In this document: in pieces, positions 24,360 through 37,792 of the stretch
How the letters are laid out: the number at the start of each line of letters is the position of its first letter
Numbering within the stretch: position 1 is the stretch's first letter
Assembly (NCBI GenBank): GCA_047495785.1
Contig: JBLDXI010000032.1
Location: forward strand, 4,402,001-4,466,000
Source: Lepidodermella squamata
Lineage: Eukaryota; Animalia; Gastrotricha
DNA: 64,000 bases
Direction of reading: 5' to 3'
The notes under the pieces: generated by a model
The model's database searches: none
Seen by the model: the letters and a program-made list of their open reading frames with translations, nothing else
Told to the model about the DNA's origin: nothing
Translations under genes and position numbers: made by a program

Positions 24360-26460
24360 CTCGCCGATGCTCAGGGAGGACGCGGCAGCTCGCAGTATGT
24401 AGACGTGCGTAACGTCAACGCAGTCTGCGGCGACGGGCCGTGCATCGTGCCGACCGGCCAAGCGTGGCGCTACAAGGCGTCCGACTGGGAGCCGTACGCT
24501 GCCCACCTGCAGAATGTCGAGGACATTCGTCGATTCCTCCGGCATCACGGCATCGACGCGGCCCACCCGCCTCGGAGCGCCGACGAGCTGGCAATGCTGC
24601 TGCACCTCTCATTCACTGGTGATCTCACTGCGGCCGTTGTTGTTTATGTAAACTCGTTGCCGGGTTGCAAGGATGTGTCGAAAATTTACGGCAATTTGAA
24701 AAGTGCGGCTAGGAAAGCCCACGGTAACCGTTTTTACTGTCCCGGCACGCGTGATTTGATGTGTACTCGCCAGATTTTGAACACTTTCACCAATGAAAAT
24801 AAGTTAACTTCAGATTGAAGGTCATTTTTAGGTAGGCCTTCAAAGTGATCAACGGGAGGCTTAATCAAAACGTTGCCACTCGAATCTTCGGTGGTCGGCG
24901 CTGCTTTTTTCGGATTATTTTCGTCGAACTCGGTGTCAATAACCGTCGGTCAAGATCGCGCAAAAACACGGCGTAATCAATCGTGAGATTCCAGAAAATG
25001 CATGCAGCCACACGAGGGCAAAACGGACTTTCCATTCGATCGGCCCGGTCAACACCTGAGCTACATTAACACTACTAAGGTAGATCTATCCAATCCACAT
25101 TATTTTTATAAGATCGGTAGTCAACAACCGCAGTTTCCTTTCAGGTACTACATTATCTGTGTTGGTGACAACAACGCATCAGTCGAGTCACATCTCATCA
25201 AGTCGTTGTGGGACTTTATCATCAACATTGACAAGGAGATATTGATTTATAAGTTCAACCTCTGTGTAGTTGCTCTGTTAGTGCTGATGGCTACACGATT
25301 CCATTTACCAAATGTATTCTCTTGCTCACAAAAGCAGATGGTCTCGATGAGAAGCTGGAGGCGTCCCATTAAAAATTTGCTCTTTTCTTAACATCTACTC
25401 TTATTTCAACAATAGTGAATTTTGCTTTGCTTAATAACTGCCCAAGCATCTTGTAACATGGCCTCGCATTTCCTGCAAATGAGCGACGACGAATTTGAAG
25501 TGCCTAATAATTTGTAATAAAAGTGGTTTGTACTTCTATATATACTGATCATCCATTTCATAGCCGAGACTGGTTTCCTAACCATTTCAAATGATGACTC
25601 GAGTCTACATTTCGGTAAGTATGATTCATTTCAACCCGCGAACCCGAAATGTTATTTTTCAACCCCCTACAGACGCTGGAGTCACTCATTATCTGATGAT
25701 GAGCGACGACGATGACGAAGGAAGTTGCTAGAAGGAGAAGAGGAGGAAGGCTAGGATGAACGCGAAGAGGAATCCGACGGGTTAGGCGGCACCGTTGATG
25801 AACAGCGTGGCCGCGCGATTCCGCAGTGTGTTGCTGTAGTGGGCATCACGAACGAGCTGGATTTGGCATCTTTGCGCCAAGTCATCGGCGATCGAGCAGA
25901 GGTTTTGGCCGCACGTAATCTAATTGCCGGACTTTGCTATCGTGCCGCGGTGAAGTTCTCGACTGCCGCTGAGGCCGCTGCGTTTCAACTACGTGGCCAG
26001 TTATTTGCTGCCGTCGAGCAACCGCCACGTCAGGCTGGAAGATCTGCGCGCCTTGTCCTCGAAGGAGAGCGACGCCAGGTACGAGGCATTCGAGAAGGCC
26101 GATGTCGATCGCCTGTGCGATGTCACCGGATTAAAATCGCTTTCAAACGCGGTGCTGCCGGTGGAAACACTGGGCGACGTCGTAGAAGCCGCCACCAGCC
26201 CAGACGATATTACGAAGTCTACGCGAGCTTTTTATCTATCTTATTTAGAGCATTTTAACGAATGGATAATTATCAAATGTAAGTTTTTCAACCCGAAAAA
26301 TAAAAAATGCATTTCCGTTTCAATCTTAAGGGAACGTGCCCTGCACAAAGTGTGCAATGACGTAGACTATCTGGAACGAACTGCGGGTTTCGTTTACCAG
26401 TCGCTATCCGAAGCAAGAGAAACTCTGCAAGAATTAATGAGTTTTTTCCTTCTTTCTTGA
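24360..26460 (+). pseudogene. Degenerate coding-like region (broken ORFs with splice-like signals), possibly a TE or gene remnant
   Basis: GC-rich ORF fragments (24405-24818, 25839-26258, 25993-26460) lie in shifting frames with stops. No domain is confidently recognised. Confidence 0.25.
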
Positions 26461-29400
26461 AATGTAAAATTTCTCAATGAATGTATAACACTGAATCAAG
26501 TCGAACAACGCAGTAAATTATCAGATGTCCTTCCTTGATTTGAAACGTGGCAGATGCCGACAGTAGAAAAGTGGCGTATAATACCGAGCAATTATGCGAA
26601 AGTTTGTCGGCTGTGATCACGAAGATCTGATTTCTAATATTGACTACAAGGCTTTTGGTCATCTCAAGGCTCAAAATATGATTACATGATGATCTAATCA
26701 CCTATTTCTCCCCTCTATTCGACGATGAAAACAGCCGCGTATCAATAAGAAAGAAAGAAAAATTACATGAAATTAGGAGATCTCATAGTTAACGTTATTA
26801 CGTTTCCTCTACATGAAAAATATACCTGATTTTCACTAATTGAAATTTAAAGGTGAGCTAAAATTAAACTAAGTTAAAATTAGCCTATGGTCCCATTGCA
26901 ATTTTAGGTTTATGAGAAACATGCACGGAGTGAGATGAACTAAAAACTAAAGATGAAAGGCTAGTTCATAACCATATGATATCGAACAATTTAGAAAAGG
27001 TTAATAACAATAAATGCGGGATAAATCAAAGAAGAATACTGTAAAATGGATACTTATGCGAATATTTACCTGTAATTTGCCTTGCTCCATGATATCTTGA
27101 GGTGGCTGGTGGCGCGGATAGACACCGAATCATCCCCCAGTGAGAAGGCGCAGCAGACGGTAGGAATGGTGGCAGCTACGAAGGCGGCTGTTGCATTTGA
27201 GACTGGTTGATCGGAGGCGGCTGATGACCAAACTGCGAGCGTTGGATTCTGAGCGTTAGTCTGGCTAATAACCCAGTTGGCTTTAGTTTGCTTTGATGTT
27301 AACGAATGACGAGCAGGTAGCTGCTTTTGTGAAATACCGGCAGTCTTTATGGGTAATTTCGGCGGTGGTACATTCAAATTGTCGATCGTCGGTAGACTTA
27401 GATGAAGGTGATAGCGAAGAACCAGCTCGAGCCGATAATAGAGAAACTGCACCCAAGAATTGATAGCACTTGACGTAGACGGAACCCATTGAAATTCAGA
27501 GTGTACCGTATGGTACACGGTGTACGGTATTTCGTATCACGTCGGTGGAGACTTCAAAACATGATTCTAGTAGCTCGCAATTCGGTCGCTTGCTTGTTTC
27601 ATCGACTTGCATAGTACCCATTAGAGATCGAGCGACGAACGCAGCAAGTACACGCAATATGCAGATGAAGCTTTGAACACTCGCTTGACTTGAAGGTTCC
27701 CCGCCAGTGTTTCTTGAACAGCGTTCTGAAAATTAAATTTGTTTATTTCACTAGCTATTAATACAGACGGAGAAAGGCTGATTTGAACTAAGACCCCAAG
27801 ATTTTGAGTGTTGATTAATCAACTGGTATTAGATGGCCTTAAAACAGCCATCAGCTTTTCTTTTCATTCTTCTCATTATAACAATATTTTGGACTATTAT
27901 TAATTTCCATCAATTCAGATTCTGGGCAAGAGTCTTACCTTTAAATTTAAATGTCCCAATATTCGGCTGGTGACGAATCGCTTTGACGTGATCCATCTGC
28001 ACAAATTCGTCGATATCAGTTCCGTAAAGGAGATTTGTCTGCTTTAGTAACCATTTTATTCTAAAAGGAAAATAAAACACATACATTTTATGAGTATCTT
28101 AAACATAAGAGAGCAATGACGAATATGATAGTTTGAACAGCAAGACTTGCAACAAATCGGAGAGCTATGTTGAATAGGTTTACAGTGCTGCCTGTTCAAG
28201 AAATGCTAAAATTGCTAAAAATGCGACAATTTTACCAACCCCAAAATGAGTAGTTCGCGAAAATTTTCACAGTAATGGCGTTCCATTAAAACTCTCGCAG
28301 TTATAAAGACAAGATTTGACAAAAAAACAACACAGACGTGTTCCACTGCATAACGATACTTGATGCATAATTCGGAGCTGCGTGGGGAGAAGGCACAGCT
28401 GAATGCAAACAGTAATAGAAAACAAAGCTGAACTATGAACTCAATCGATAAAACTAAGTAAATGTTTTACGTGTAAATATTTGGGAAGGCCCAAAAAGAG
28501 GCGTGCGCAATTTTCGCCACCCACCATGATCTATTGAAATTCAAAACCAGGCTTCATAGCCGCGTACTCAAAGTTTCCTACTCGCCAGTTACCGCCTAAA
28601 TGAAAAGCCTAGAGATGTACATGCTATAAAGTTGCTCTGAAGTTGCAATTATGCCTTGGAAGAGAGCTGTAAAACTTCAGAAGTCCGACTGTCCACTAGA
28701 TACAGATACAGAAATTTTATTGTGATTCTCAGAATCTACAATTTGTCGAAATGATCACAGGGTATCGAAGACAAAGAAGCAAATAAAGCACAGATAAAGA
28801 AGCAAATAAAGCACAGACTGTCCGACTGTCCACTTAAAGGGGCTGCTTACAGCGGTTAGCGCGGGCAACAATATGATTGGGTCAAAACTATAGTAGGGGA
28901 CTTCCAAAGAAAGGTGAGAGTTGGGAGAGGATAGTGACGAAAAAGGGAATGACCACGGAAAAAGAAAAAATGTATAATATAAAGCAATATACATATAGAG
29001 AAATGTCCCAGGCGTTTCCAGTTTCCAGGTGTCCCCAGGACGGAGCATGTAGATCACGCGATCACGACTTTCGCGAAATGCACGCCGAAACATAGCCACG
29101 CGCTACATGGCGGCACGCGGCACGCGGTTTCGGAAGTTTTTCACAAAGATAAATTATTTGGAATTTGTTCTCTTTATCAACATCTAAAAACATATAATTT
29201 AAAAATTGCATTATGTTTTGGCGGTATTTTTTCAAAAACTTGTGATGTTAAATGTTAAGCACGAAGGTGCAGCCAACTTAACCGGCTGATGACGACCGGT
29301 TCTTCGTAGAGCTTCTCAAAGCAAGATTTGAGAGAGGCCTGTGGAGAGCTGGTGAAAGAGGCAACAAAGGATCCACGTATTTAGAACTCATCACCTTTTC

Positions 29401-32400
29401 ATATATCTGAATGAATGAATCAGTGGAATCCGAAGTTGTGCTGCTGCGTTGCGTTGCTTAGAAGTTGCGTCAATTTTTTTTTATGAATATTCCTAGTAAA
29501 ACATGTTAACAAATGAATACAAAATGTAAACAGAGGAGAAGAAAAAGCTTCACATTGTTAAAAAGCTAATGGAAAAGGATCGAAAAAGGCAGAACTGCTG
29601 CGGTGATAATTTCAGGCTCTAACACTGAAAGAGAACTTCAGGTTACGCTTCAAGTCACCATCCTCACTATACGCATTGTACAATATGTGCAACCGTTTCT
29701 CTTCTGTGAGCAAGACTACAATGTTTCACATCTTGGTGGAAAGGTGAGCAGGTAAAGTATGTGCGCTATGTGGTCATTTGCATACAGTTCCACTGAATGG
29801 GAACGCTAATTTTGGACTTGTTTGAAAACCGTTAACATAAGCTAGCGTTTAATTTAATATATAATATATAGATGAATGAATTGCATAATCTGAATACAGA
29901 GACCTAAATTGACGCTGGGTCGTCGATATTGTGTCCATCTGAGTGTAAAAAGTGTAACGATGACAGAATGACCAACGTGGGTCAGCAGCACTGCGGGCCG
30001 CTAATTGCATGGCTTTATAACTACATCCGGAACCATTGCAGTCTGGCGCTTCTTAGCATATTATAAGATCGAAGAGATGGCAAATATTATGTTTCTTTAT
30101 ATATCCTTGATGACTATTGTTGCTCGATTCACCGTATATTGCTCTCCTGTCAGATCAGTAAGCATTTGCCGAAAATTCGCGGCTGAAAATTCAGCGTTTC
30201 GTTTGATTTCAGCATCGCGTCTGTGAATTCAATACGCCTGGAGGCGACAAGTTTCCAATTTGCGCAGCATCTGGGTCTTGTTCATTCGGAGATCGCCGCG
30301 ACGAATTTATTAATGTGCGCTTTTCCCTAATAGTTGATACGCTTCATTGATGAATTTCCTCTTTCCTAACCTGCGATTTCTGTGAATTATATTTCAACAG
30401 CTCATTCAGCTGCGTGAGCCGCAAAAGTCGTTCAACGCCTTTTCAGCGTGTTGCGCTTCGCTGAGCACGACGCTATCTTACACGGCTCTGTTGCCTAAAC
30501 CAACCGGAGGAAAGATGAACATAGTTCCAATTGTCATATGTTACCCAAGTAATTATCTTTATCGGAAGGTGACAATGAAGGGTCAACAAATTTGCACGGA
30601 CATTCCGGAATTGTGGCGGCTGAACTCAACCGTAAGAATAATTAATCTGTGCGATAAAAAATTCTTATTTTTTTGTATTTTTCAGGTAGCTGCGGCTGGC
30701 TACACATCGTATGAATCTTGCTGCGCAGATTTGGAAAGATCAAAGTCAGTGAAATACGCAATGGAAGACGAGTACGGCTTGAACATCAATATTTGCATGG
30801 CTTGATAATATGGGATTCCTTCTTTAAAAATCGAACTTGAATGGCTTTCAGTGAAGAAAATATGACAAATTACTCGTTATCATTGTTGGGCCAATGTTAT
30901 AATAAAATCATGTCATTATCGTGCGAAAACTTGCACTACTTATTACCTCTCGCACATGCAGTGCTTCAAGTAATTTTGCATGGCTCAGAACAAGAACACG
31001 ACTGACTGAAGGTTCCTATAACTTATTATGATAAAATTTAGCACTTTTAGCTTTCAAAGTCCCATAAAAGGGATTTATTTCGAGAAAAGAATGGCTGAAC
31101 GCAGCTTTGCCTAAAATAGCACGCTCTTAAAAAGTTGATAAGGTGAGGGGTAACTTGGCCGGAAAACGGTTTTGTGAAGCTAGCTGTTCAACTTTCATAC
31201 CGCAGATTTGTTTACTGCGTCAAAATGTTGGCAAAATGTTAGCTGACGGCCGCCATAACTCCATGCCCCAGAGCCACGGCAGATAAAGCAGCAGCAACGG
31301 TGGATTTCATTTGTCCAATTAAGCCCTATTTCAGCTATGATTTCATTTCAAATATGAGTATGATTTCAAAGTCAGATGCAGCAATAAACATCACACAGAG
31401 ACAGACATTTGCAAACCGCCGAGACTGGCGGCTGTTTGGACCCTCAATAAAACGCGCGTTTTCAAAAAACACTCCGGCGAAGAGGAAGGCGACGGGAAAG
31501 ATTGTGAAGAACTCGACGAGAAGAATAAGTCCTGCAGCGGCGAGCGGAAGAAACTTGCGACATATTGCCAAACCTCGCGACCTCATACATTTTCGATGCT
31601 GGATTTCCAATAAAATAAAAAAAATTCGTTTTGCCTTTGATGCGTCGCGTTTAATTTGGTTCGATTTGACAGTGACATGTGACATTTAGCAGGCGCTATC
31701 AAGTTGAAAAGGAAATTTGACGAAATTGCTACGACTTTTCAAGACAGCCCTAGCGCTAGGCGAATCAACCGTAAGAATATTTAATCTGCGATTCTTTCAA
31801 ACTTCTTTCAAACACTCATGTCTAATGTGCTTCTTTCTTGTTTCAGAAAAGGAAATGACGGATAGCTCGGTATCATTTATCGGGCCAATGCGCTATAATA
31901 AAATCTAAAATCCCAGCGTCATCATGCGTGGTTCCAAAACAGACTTGCAATACAATACATTGTTTTTGGTATACTATTGATGTTATAAAAGTTGGACAGC
32001 TAATACCGGTTAGCTTGAAACCGGTCAAAGGTTACCCCATACCACGGTACTTTTAAGAAACTTTTAAGAAACTTTAAGGCTGTATATTTTGGACAAAGCT
32101 GCGTTCAGTACCTACGTTTCTCGACATAATTATATTCCTTCAGACTTTGAAACACTAGCGTACAATTATATGCTGGCGGACGCCCCAGGAATGATATGAA
32201 AGTCCCGTATGAACCGTGGAATGAAAAAGACAGCTGTTAGTATGTTGATCTTTCCATTGATTTTTTATTCAATTTTATCAATAAGCATTTATTCGGCGCC
32301 GGTCCGAAGCCCGTCACCAAATGGCAGTGTGGTTGCGATGATGTTGTGTCTCAGAAGTGGGTCCTTAAATTTTCCTTAATCATTTTTTGCCGGGGTTTCT

Positions 32401-32430
32401 TGATATCAACAGGTTTCCATCCAGTTTCGT

Positions 32431-33203
32431 TTAGAAAGCGAAGCGACCGAAGCCAAGGCCGTTACCGCCGAATCCACCGAGACCGCCGAGGCCGCCAAAC
32501 CTAAGACCGAATGGGAAACTGGTTATAAAACATATTAGATTAATATGTCATTCCGACATAGGCAATGAAAGATTCTCAAGTGCAAGTGCCGTCTTACTAC
32601 AACGTTAAATTTTGTTTTGTTTACCCGGCGTTGTTGCCGCCGAAGCCACCAGCGAGGCCACCGAAGTTGTTGGCACCACCGAAAGCACCGAGGCCATTTC
32701 CGAATCCGCCGAAGATACCGTTGTAGCCGTTGGCACCCTGGAGGCCGTTGAAGCCGTTGGCACCCTGGAGGCCGTTGAAGCCATTAGCACCCTGGAGGCC
32801 GTTGAAGCCGTTGAAGCCAGCATTGCCGCCCTGAAGACCAGTGAGGCCCTGGAGGCCCTGGAGGCCGTTGGTGTTGAAGTTGTTCCACGACTGGGCACCG
32901 TTGGTGTTGGCGACGTTGCCGAGGTTGTAGACCTGACCGTTGTTGTTAACCTGGCCAGTCGACTGGGCTGCGACGGGCTTGCCATTCTGGTTGCCAGTGC
33001 CGTACGAGGTGTAGTAAGACCACGAGTTTCCTTGAGGATTGCTGACCGACTGGGAAGTGATCGGAACCTGGAAACCGGCGGCATTCAGGGTTGGCGCGGC
33101 TGTCAATTGATAACGCCGTCATTCGAAATACTTCAATCGGCTATTTCCAAATCTTACCGTTGGCGCAAGCGACAGCGGCGAGAGCGATGACAGCGGCGTA
33201 CAT
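32431..33203 (-). CDS. Secreted Gly/Asn-rich protein A (GLQGANGFN repeats), ends GRFAF
   Basis: Exons 33203-33158 (signal peptide MYAAVIALAAVACAN), 33099-32625, 32500-32431. GT-AG introns with compatible phases. Confidence 0.85.
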
Positions 33204-34454
33204 TTCTGTTAGTAACTTTGCGTTAATCCGGCGTAAGGACCTAAAATTATTGAACAGGAAATCAGTTTTAGTGGTGAATGTGTTCTTTAGGTTTTGCGTT
33301 GGTTTCGAAGCTGTATGAATTTATGTTGATACGTTAAAGTGAAATTGTCTATATAGGCACCTGAGCATGCGCGGCCGGTGGTTTTAAGCTAGCCGAGCTG
33401 CGGCCGGCGTGTTATGCCCGTGTCAGTAGTTGTTTTTTGCTTCATTTTTTTCGCGGCTCGTTGTGATGGTGGTCAGCAGCGCACGGCTCGCCACTCGAGG
33501 GCTCGAGCCTAATGACAGTGTGTTTTCGATTTTTCACTCGCTCGACAAGGCTCGGCATGTCGAGCAAAGCTTTATAGTATCACAAAAATGTTCACGCGCA
33601 AATAACAGGTGCTAAGTTAATGCTGGCCGTGGCAATTTTCATCATAACTACAAATCGCACCGGGCATTAAATAATGGCAAGTTAAAACACGACAAGCGAG
33701 CGATCATTTAAGAAGATCCGCGTAGAAGCCGAGCCTTGCTTGATATTTTTTCCCGCTAATGAAGCTCACCCGCGCCAGTTGGGTAATCATAAGCTTGTAA
33801 AATTATAAAATTGAGCATAATTATCAACTACGCTGTCGTTGGCGTGAATTGATCAAATTACCACATGTGATGTTGCCGCTATCCGTAATTACAGATGCAT
33901 TGTTCCTAATAGCTCCGTGGTTAAAAACACTGGAGAAGAGAGAAATTCTTACAAAACCTCGTAAAAAACCAACGCTAAATCTAAAGCGTAAAAGGTAAAA
34001 ATCTGAAACAACTGGGGGACTGCAAAAATTGCTAATCCCGCTCCGAACGCTCTGGGATTCTGCAGCATTATTAAAAAAGGAGTTTATACAAATTTGAAAA
34101 ATAAAAGTCATAACGAGAACGGAACAAAAAATAGCCATAATGAATCTGCCAACATTTAGTTATGAGGCACCGCGCCCGATAACTGTCATCTGTATTGATG
34201 AGAGATATACAACCTGCAACTCTTCTTCACTCTCAGTTCGCTGGTAAACCATTGCAACTAATATGACGAAGACAATCAGAAACGTATATGTCAAAATTCA
34301 GGTTTTTTATTTTTGCCATTCCTTTAATTGTAAATTCTCGGAGCTTTAACGTCGTTCAGACAGTTGTAAAAAAACTAGCATTTCAACATGATTAAGCTGA
34401 TCGGATATATCAGTCAAATCTCCCGTTATATTGAGCTTTTAATTGCCGAAGTGC

Positions 34455-35152
34455 CTAATAGTAGCCACCTCGTCTGTAGTAGTATGGCGCAAAACCGTAG
34501 TAATGGTTGTATGGCGCACCCCAGCCGTAATTGCCATAACCGAACGGAGACTGGTATGCCTGTTGATGGTTGTTATTCGCAGCCGCACCGCCGTACGCTC
34601 CGCCATGCGCGCCGTAGTTATGGCCAGCCGCCTTGTGACCATCGGCTTCCGCGCCATTAGCTTCCCCGGCAGCGGCCTGGCTTCCCTGCCAGCCCTGGGA
34701 GCCTTGGGAACCGCCGAAGGCGAACCCACTGTCGTATTTGCCAGCTGCTTGCTCAGCAGCTGCGGAGGTCCGATCTGATGCGGCGAGAAGTGAAGCGGCG
34801 TGGTCGTAGCGGCCAGCCGCGTGCTGCGCGTCAGCATGCTGAGCACCCTGACCGAAAGCGCCGGCGGCCTGAGAGCCTTGCGAGCCTTGAGCGCCTTGAT
34901 AACCGGCATTGCCGAAATTCAGTTGGTGACCACCGCTTCCGAAGGCGCCTTGGTCAGAAAACGCACCGCCCTGAGCGCCACCATGGGTTCCTGCCGAATA
35001 GCTGCCGGCAGCTGCAGCGTTGGCGAGAGGGACGACTCCAGCTAATGAAATGAGAAAAGTAGGAAATAGTTATATCAACTCAAGGTTTTCTCGAAAATAG
35101 TATTACCTTTCACTGTTGCGATGAGTCCAAGCACAAGCGCAGCGATGTACAT
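34455..35152 (-). CDS. Secreted Ala/Gly/Gln-rich core-family protein B (its frame is missing from the ORF track), ends RRGGYY
   Basis: Exons 35152-35107 (MYIAALVLGLIATVK) and 35041-34455. Core AQHADAQHAAGRYDHAASLLAASDRTSAAAEQAAGKYDSGFAFGG. Confidence 0.85.
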
Positions 35153-35655
35153 CGTATCCTGAATTATTTTAGACATATATTAGACGAACCTATGATTATC
35201 GCCGGTAAATATTTCTGATCTTACCTGATTCTAGGCCGAAAATCACAATTGTGAAACTATAAAATGTTTGATGACGATGGTTATCTTCCATCTCACCGCT
35301 CTTTATAGCGCGCAGAGTCAAAATAACATTCGAAAACAACCAGCTTTTTCGAAAACATGTTTTGCTAACACCGCTAACCAGTTTTCAATTCGAATCATAT
35401 TGGCGCGCTTATGCCAATACTATTCCATATTATTGAAACACTAATTTCCTAAGGATGATCATTCAGTGATTACAACAGTGATAAGCCCGACAAAGATAGT
35501 TTAATGGTCTTTTTCCTTGGAATTTTGAATATAAAACATGGAGTGCTGCTTTGACGAGCTAATACGGCAGTATTGTCACCGTTTCGTCGGTAGCGCGATT
35601 CGTTGCAGCAGTTTTAACACTTGCTTTGCATTTCGTCGTAAATACCTTGTTTTGA

Positions 35656-35697
35656 GAGTGTAAATTTCAATGGGGGGCCCATTGAGATTTACCACTC
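35656..35697. repeat. Short intergenic hairpin
   Basis: gtaaatttcaatggg-ggg-cccattgagatttac with one mismatch, extendable by gagtg/cactc. Confidence 0.6.
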
Positions 35698-36584
35698 GCG
35701 AGCTACCTTATATTATGCGCGAATAAGCTAGTCTCTGCTATTGCTGTGTAAATAAAATGTTAATGACGGTTGATAAAAGAGATATGAAAAGGTTAATAAT
35801 AGCGCTAATTTATATAATTTCCCTATGAACAAACAGTGCCATCATGAAAATGCCATTGTTCGAAGCATAGGTTAGATGAAGGAACTAAGGAGAGTAACAG
35901 ATTACACAGCGGTCAAAATACATGCTTGGAGGATGAGAAGTTTCTTAACGAAAACGTCTTGAATGAGTTTCTCGGCGCTGCTATAACAAAGCAAATTGCG
36001 GAGGTAACATCGGTTCAAACAAGCTTTTGTACAAAATCAAAAAATTAAAAAAAATAGCCATCAACCGGTTACATCTTGAGTCTTGAACAATAAGCCTCTC
36101 TTTTAGCCACCATTTCTTTTAAGCCAAATCTATGATCAGTGATAAAAATCGACTCTCTGGAAGTTAGAAGTCGAGATGTCCCAAATTAATAACCTTTATA
36201 TTTAGGTATATGTTGGTTTGATTGCGTATAACTTTCTCATCCCATCACGGGTCTTCTCTGATCAGCGCCCGGTATCCAGTTCAAGGCCCATTGGAATACT
36301 TTAGACTTCCAACATTGTGGCAGTGGGTATGATTCAAAAAGAAACACTTCGCTTTGCAGTCTTTGCCTTGTGCAAATCTTTCATTTCAATCATCGACAAA
36401 CACCGAGACAAACAGTTGAATGTCATGAGTGGAAAAAGTGAGAAAGAACAGAATGATTTTTGACACAACAGATCATCAGTTTGAATTAAGTCACTGCCAC
36501 GTCGATAGTGGGATTAGGGTGCAAGGAAGGTGCAGAAGGGAACATTGTGCAGTTGTGTGGGGTCGGGATCGTTTGGCTGGCGCT

Positions 36585-37703
36585 TTAGAAGAAGAAGCGG
36601 CTGTAGCCGAGGCCATTGCCGTATCCGGCGCGGCCAGCACCAAGACCGTTGACGCCATTGAGGCCAAGGCCGTTGACACCGTTGGCACCGTTGAAGCCAG
36701 CGCCGTAGAAACCAGCGTTTCCGTAACCAAGACCAGCGCCATAGCCGAGGCCAAGACCGTTGACGCCATTGACGCCAGCAGCACCAAGACCGTTGACACC
36801 GTTGAAGCCAGCGGCACCAAGACCGTTGACGCCATTGACGCCGTTGAAGCCAGCGCCGTAGAAACCAGCATTGCCAACACGGCCAGCGCCGACGAGGCCA
36901 GCACCCTGGAGACCAAGACCGTTAACGCCAGCACCCTGGAGACCAAGACCGTTAACACCAGCACCCTGAAGACCAACACCGTTGAGGCCAGCACCGTGGA
37001 TACCGACGCCGTTGAGGCCAGCACCCTGGAGACCAACACCGTTGAAGCCAGCAGCGTTTCCGTAACCAAGACCAGCGCCATAGCCGAGGCCAGCACCGCC
37101 GTTGTAGCCAGCGAAGCCACCGTAGTAGGGAGCGTAGACCTGGGGAGCAGCCTGGGCCTGCTGGGCAGCAGCCTGGTTGGCGCCCTGAGCGGCAGCCTGG
37201 TTGAAGCCCTGAGCACCAGCGGCCTGCTGGGCACCCTGTTGACCGGCAGCCTGGGCAGCAGCCTGCTGGGCAGCGGCAGCCTGGGATCCCTGAGAGCCCT
37301 GGGCGCCCTGAGCACCACCGTAGGCGAATCCGTTGTCGTAGTCACCAGCGGCCTGCTCGGCGGCAGCGGAGGTGCGCTCAGAGGCAGCGAGGAGGGAAGA
37401 GGCGTGGTCGTAACGGCCAGCAGCCTGCTGGGCATCAGCGTGCTGGGCACCCTGGCCGAAAGCGCCGGCGTGTTGGGATCCCTGGGAACCCTGAGCCTCC
37501 TGAGCAGCGGCAGCCTGACCGGCAGCCTGAGCGGCAGCGGAACCAGCAGCACCCTGGCCGAATTGAGCGCCAGAGTTGGCAGCATCCTGAGCACCCCAAG
37601 CGCCGTTGGCGGCACCAGCAGAGCCTCCCCAACCGCCAAGACCGCCGATGAAGTTGGCGTTGGCGGCGGCGAACAAAGCGCAGACGATGGCGACCTTGTA
37701 CAT
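36585..37703 (-). CDS. Secreted core-family protein C (372 aa, single exon) with long GLNGV/GLQGAG tail, ends SRFFF
   Basis: ORF from MYKVAIVCALFAAANA. Conserved core. TATA box at 37786-37792. Confidence 0.92.
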   Translation of the reverse strand: MYKVAIVCALFAAANANFIGGLGGWGGSAGAANGAWGAQDAANSGAQFGQGAAGSAAAQAAGQAAAAQEAQGSQGSQHAGAFGQGAQHADAQQAAGRYDHASSLLAASERTSAAAEQAAGDYDNGFAYGGAQGAQGSQGSQAAAAQQAAAQAAGQQGAQQAAGAQGFNQAAAQGANQAAAQQAQAAPQVYAPYYGGFAGYNGGAGLGYGAGLGYGNAAGFNGVGLQGAGLNGVGIHGAGLNGVGLQGAGVNGLGLQGAGVNGLGLQGAGLVGAGRVGNAGFYGAGFNGVNGVNGLGAAGFNGVNGLGAAGVNGVNGLGLGYGAGLGYGNAGFYGAGFNGANGVNGLGLNGVNGLGAGRAGYGNGLGYSRFFF

Positions 37704-37754
37704 GGTTAAGGTGTTCAAAGGATACTAACAAATAAACACTTAGACGAGGTTGTG

Positions 37755-37792
37755 ACTGACGAATTTGAACGCCGGATCGCGCCTCTTTTATA
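37755..37792 (-). promoter_or_regulatory. TATA box plus Inr-like TCAGT of gene C; similar TATA boxes precede most cluster genes
   Basis: Minus-strand TATAAAA at 37786-37792 and TCAGT at 37755-37759. TATA-like elements also at about 33349, 35301, 40574, 42818, 46517, 48885, 51865, 54565 and 58985. Confidence 0.65.

Noticed and set aside
24405-24818. WRYKASDW resembles a linker motif of non-LTR retrotransposon ORF2
   Set aside because: No endonuclease or reverse transcriptase motifs are nearby, and the match is too short.
27066-28060. Minus-strand exon-like fragments
   Set aside because: No coherent gene model or recognisable domain.
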